Source: Lingula anatina (Eukaryota; Animalia; Brachiopoda). From it: a DNA stretch of 64,000 nucleotides. Each line of letters opens with the position of its first letter. Within the stretch, counting starts at the first letter, position 1. The position numbers and the translations under genes were made by a program. Location of the stretch: the NCBI GenBank assembly GCA_051362555.1, contig CM120645.1, positions 24,580,934 through 24,644,933 of the forward strand. Reading direction: 5' to 3'. Shown here piece after piece: positions 62,801-64,000 of this stretch. The notes under the pieces were generated by a model. It was not told the origin of the DNA. It did not search any database and saw nothing but the letters and a program-made list of their open reading frames with translations.

Positions 62801-62880
62801 TGAAACGGAATATAGATGAATATGAAGAACAGTTAGCTCAAGTCTTTGGCTCAAAAGTGGAGATCACAGACCTACGATGA
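15431..62880 (+). CDS. PRKAR2: cAMP-dependent protein kinase (PKA) type II regulatory subunit, complete spliced CDS (13 exons, 383 aa)
   Basis: Exons 15431-15662 (D/D domain [38 protein letters not shown]), 38431-38469 ([12 protein letters not shown]), 48888-48940 (VSAERYDPE), 50860-50943 ([13 protein letters not shown]), 51249-51290, 56699-56763 ([15 protein letters not shown]), 57612-57753 ([18 protein letters not shown]), 59525-59626, 60341-60415, 61016-61075, 61493-61550, 62119-62187 ([14 protein letters not shown]) and 62750-62880 ([20 protein letters not shown]...TDLR*). All introns are GT-AG and phases are consistent; the total is 1152 nt. The RRxS site and RII-type D/D domain define type II. 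Confidence 0.97.
16937..17012 (+). CDS. PRKAR2: Putative alternative first coding exon of PRKAR2 with RRGAV pseudosubstrate motif
   Basis: gacATG...GCA GTA G|gtaaga; [25 protein letters not shown]. 76 nt (25 codons + 1), phase 1 as in the canonical exon 1, with an in-frame TAG just upstream. Locally GC/CpG-rich within a CpG-poor intron. Confidence 0.7.
20375..20578. repeat. 34-bp tandem repeat, 6 copies
   Basis: (TAGAAGTTCTGCTGTTCAAGTGTGCCACACTGGA)n. Confidence 0.95.
21250..22075. repeat. 105-bp tandem repeat, about 8 copies
   Basis: Unit TGGCGTCCAGTTAACACCCAGACAC...ATCATTGCTGCTG; explains the repetitive 298-aa ORF. Confidence 0.96.
23031..23745. repeat. 53/54-bp tandem repeat, about 13 copies
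   Basis: Unit CAGTCTCAGTTCTAGTCAGTTATATTTCAGTACATTACTGGTCAGACT(T)CCCTT. Confidence 0.95.
24119..24164 (+). CDS. PRKAR2: Putative alternative first coding exon of PRKAR2 (short acidic leader)
   Basis: aagATG AAG AGA GAT GAG AGT TTT GAG GAT GAA GAT ATT TTC GAT GAA G|gtattt; [15 protein letters not shown]. Phase 1 and purine-rich; resembles the acidic linker before the PP...RRxS segment. The donor is only moderate. Confidence 0.5.
24283..24600. repeat. Degenerate tandem repeat of about 45-55 bp with internal inverted repeat
   Basis: Recurrent GTTGACCTTCT...AGATGTCAACCC, about 6-7 copies. Confidence 0.85.
25427..26517. mobile_element. Non-autonomous hAT-like DNA transposon (about 1.1 kb)
   Basis: Perfect 17-bp TIR CAGACTTTACGAAAGGC / GCCTTTCGTAAAGTCTG; subterminal GTC(A/G)GACCG repeats at both ends; flanks ATATTTTT / ATTTTTTA (imperfect 8-bp TSD). 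No transposase ORF. Confidence 0.82.
27834..28052. repeat. 73-bp tandem repeat, 3 copies
   Basis: CTCACTTCAGTACTGGTGG... starts at 27834, 27907 and 27980. Confidence 0.93.
29086..29191 (+). CDS. PRKAR2: Putative alternative first coding exon of PRKAR2 with N-myristoylation motif
   Basis: aacATGG (strong Kozak); [35 protein letters not shown], then G|gtaaaa. 106 nt (35 codons + 1), phase 1; Gly2/Thr6/Lys7 pattern. Confidence 0.7.
30729..30942. mobile_element. Related Harbinger-like MITE
   Basis: TAA|GACCACATTCCCAGAAATTAGATCGATC ... GATCGATCTAAATTCTATGGGAATGCACCC|TAA. Confidence 0.75.
32221..32463. mobile_element. MITE of the GGGACCATTCCCA family
   Basis: Internal palindrome TTAAGTGGCTTAGATGTCTGGCACGCCT...AGGCGTGACAGACATCTAAGCCGCTTAA; similar to 58026-58259 and 62433-62678. 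Confidence 0.78.
33091..33580. repeat. 83-bp tandem repeat, about 6 copies
   Basis: TATCTCACCCAGTGTCCTGTAAGGCAGTCATTTCTGATGTG... at 33091, 33174, 33257 and onward. Confidence 0.95.
36257..36398 (+). CDS. PRKAR2: Putative alternative first coding exon of PRKAR2 with myristoylation/palmitoylation motif
   Basis: aagATGG (strong Kozak); [47 protein letters not shown], then G|gtagta. 142 nt (47 codons + 1), phase 1; Gly2/Cys5/Ser6. Confidence 0.65.
36368..36563 (+). repeat. 50-bp tandem repeat, 4 copies, spanning the donor of the putative exon 36257-36398
   Basis: GAGTTCTCTAGTAGTCATAACTTACCACCAG|GTAGTAGATATAGATGTAA. Confidence 0.94.
39521..40066. mobile_element. Young MITE with TIRs of about 150 bp (PIF/Harbinger-like)
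   Basis: GAGCGCATTCTCAACGAATTAAGCCAGGC...CTCGGCTCCG is matched almost perfectly in reverse complement at 39902-40066. CpG-rich; left flank TAA, right flank AAA. Arms are related to the element at 43152-43464. Confidence 0.88.
42805..42978. mobile_element. Degenerate palindromic MITE
   Basis: GGCCCCATTCAGAACAGCAGACTAACTAGT ... ACTAGTTGGTCCACTGTTTTGAATGCAGCC. Confidence 0.65.
43152..43464. mobile_element. PIF/Harbinger-like (Tourist-type) MITE
   Basis: TAA|GGGACCATTCAGAATGAGAA ... TTCTCATTCTGAATGGTCCC|TAA; long imperfect inverted arms and a 3-bp TAA target-site duplication. Confidence 0.88.
44539..45479. repeat. 41-bp minisatellite, about 23 copies
   Basis: (GGATCACAGGAATACAGCCCACTCACAGGGTAGTAGAGGGA)n. 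Confidence 0.97.
47865..47928 (+). CDS. PRKAR2: Putative alternative PRKAR2 inhibitor-site exon (RRSA), as first exon or as internal exon from acceptor at 47862
   Basis: ccctctcag|TA ATG GCA...CGG AGG AGA TCA GCA G|gtaatg; [21 protein letters not shown], joining in frame to (V)SAERYDPE at 48888. Aligns with [12 protein letters not shown] of exon 38431-38469. Confidence 0.78.
51359..52768. repeat. 67-bp minisatellite, about 21 copies
   Basis: (CTGTATTATGTTTGTGTGTAAATGTAGAGGAGTGTTGTAAAGCCATACAGTCCCACATGAGTCCTGG)n, starting about 70 nt after exon 51249-51290. Confidence 0.97.
55165..55506. repeat. 48-bp tandem repeat, about 7 copies
   Basis: (GGGATGAACTGGGTCATTAGAGGTCATCTAGTATTGTACAGATATGAG)n. 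Confidence 0.96.
56496..56605. repeat. 31-bp tandem repeat, about 3.5 copies
   Basis: TGTGAGATGGGTATATATAATACAGTATATA units. Confidence 0.88.
56746..57017 (+). repeat. 27/30-bp tandem repeat spanning a PRKAR2 5' splice site (9 GT donors)
   Basis: Unit TTTCTATGTTATAGACAG|GTAAG(CAG)AAGA; GT at 56764, 56791, 56818, 56848, 56875, 56902, 56932, 56962 and 56992. Confidence 0.95.
57766..58022. mobile_element. Hairpin MITE (Harbinger-like) 12 nt downstream of a PRKAR2 donor
   Basis: TAG|GGCTTCGTTCACATGCAAT...ATTGCATGTGAACGAAGCC|TAG; arms pair for more than 100 bp; 3-bp direct repeat TAG. Confidence 0.88.
58026..58259. mobile_element. MITE of the GGGACCATTCCCA family
   Basis: Ends in CTGGGAATGGTCCC; collinear similarity to 32221-32463. 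Confidence 0.78.
59803..59849. repeat. (CA)n microsatellite
   Basis: Read directly. Confidence 0.95.
61128..61298. repeat. 44-bp tandem repeat, about 4 copies
   Basis: (TGTGTCACCCAGTCAACACATTTATATCACTGTGATGTGTTAAC)n. Confidence 0.93.
61560..61949. repeat. 20-bp monomer repeat with 60-bp higher-order unit
   Basis: AAATATCACTGGCAGACCTT-like monomers; 61681-61920 forms four near-identical 60-bp trimers. Confidence 0.9.
62433..62678. mobile_element. MITE of the GGGACCATTCCCA family (opposite orientation)
   Basis: Starts GGGACCATTCCCAC; palindrome ACTGACTTAAATGTCTGTCACGCCTA...TAGGCGTGACAGACATTTAAGTCAGT. Confidence 0.78.
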
Positions 62881-63245
62881 AAAATAGACCAGAATATAAA
62901 ACTTGTGTAATAAAGTATCAGAGTATTAAGTATCAATTAATTTTATCTCTGTACTCTGTTTGGATGAAATTCAAAATGAAATGTATGATAATTTAAGACA
63001 AATTAATTAACTTGGACATTTCACTGCTCTGAGAGTAGACCGTGTACTGGGGAATCAGTTTAGCTTTATTCATTGTAAATCAGCACAATCAGTTACTGGG
63101 TGCCACATGTGACCATATGCAGCACTGTGTCCTGGGTGGCAGCAAGGTACTCACATCAATGAGGGTGGGGGTGGGGCATAACCTAGACTGAGTGATTTCA
63201 CAAGTTTTGTTCTTCACTTTCTTGATTTGTATGGTGGCAAGGTAG

Positions 63246-63279
<34 letters not shown>

Positions 63280-64000
63280 GGGGGGGGGTGTCTCTATAAA
63301 ATCTACAGGTTGTGCTTAGTAGACATATATCTTGATTTGAAAGAGAAGACAATGTAGAAGGGGATGGGGGGGGGCTAACATGTGTTGAAGTCAGTATTTA
63401 AAAATAAACCATGATTTTGTTGATATAATTACATGCTGTGTTGCAAACACTCCAGTGGTGCACATGAAGTAGATGTATGTTTAATAAGATTTCAATCTAG
63501 TCTTATAGCAAGAGAAAATGTTCTGGAGAGTGGAGTGGACTGCTCTTCTGTAGGGAGGGGCACACCAGGCGGGTTTATACAGTAGTAAATTTTGACATGT
63601 TTGCTCTACAGCACCAAGGTCAGTGATGAGTTGGGGTGGATATTTTTTGTAATTTCTTTACCTGGAGCTAGACTGTAATCTTACTTTGGACATGTTAGCT
63701 GTATGGTATGGATATATAAACCTATATGTAGACTTCCAATGTTGATTTGGTGCTGCACACTCATCTGAGTAATTATTCATAGTATTTCAGTTAATTTCTT
63801 TGTGTTGACAAATGTGGGTTGTGCCAGTTGACAGCATTTATACCAAATATATTTAAACCAAATCTGAGTGTTGAAACTCGGTCGATCACCTTGCCATAAA
63901 TTGTGAGTTTATCCATATGCAACAAATTTTCATAAGTCCCCCTTTAAATTTAACCTCAATATGTCATTATTTAAGCATAAGTATATTATGTAGCATATTG

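Noticed and set aside
186-63290. Many long poly-C/poly-G and poly-T tracts
   Set aside because: Ordinary homopolymer runs whose lengths are unreliable in assemblies; no positional pattern noticed.

Overview
Eukaryotic, AT-rich and intron-rich genomic DNA, probably from an invertebrate metazoan (taxon not determinable from sequence). It holds two + strand spliced genes. (1) The 3' part of a BCAP31/BAP29 (B-cell receptor-associated protein) gene, 4490-9337, whose first coding exon lies upstream of the window; it has a pair of duplicated 151-nt exons that look mutually exclusive. (2) A complete cAMP-dependent protein kinase type II regulatory subunit gene (PRKAR2-like), 15431-62880, with 13 coding exons and 383 aa. 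The most notable signal is inside the large early introns of PRKAR2: five further short ATG-initiated exons, all ending in a phase-1 GT donor in frame with the downstream exons. They would replace the docking/dimerization domain with an RRGAV pseudosubstrate peptide, an acidic peptide, two different Gly2 myristoylation-type leaders, or an RRSA inhibitor segment. A second recurring pattern is tandem amplification of splice signals (branch-point-like motifs, acceptors, donors) at exon boundaries. Introns also carry many minisatellites and non-autonomous DNA transposons (Harbinger-like, hAT-like and Tc1/mariner-like MITEs). Gene bodies look CpG-depleted while 11-16 kb is CpG-rich. All exon models come from manual translation and splice-phase logic, with no transcript data.
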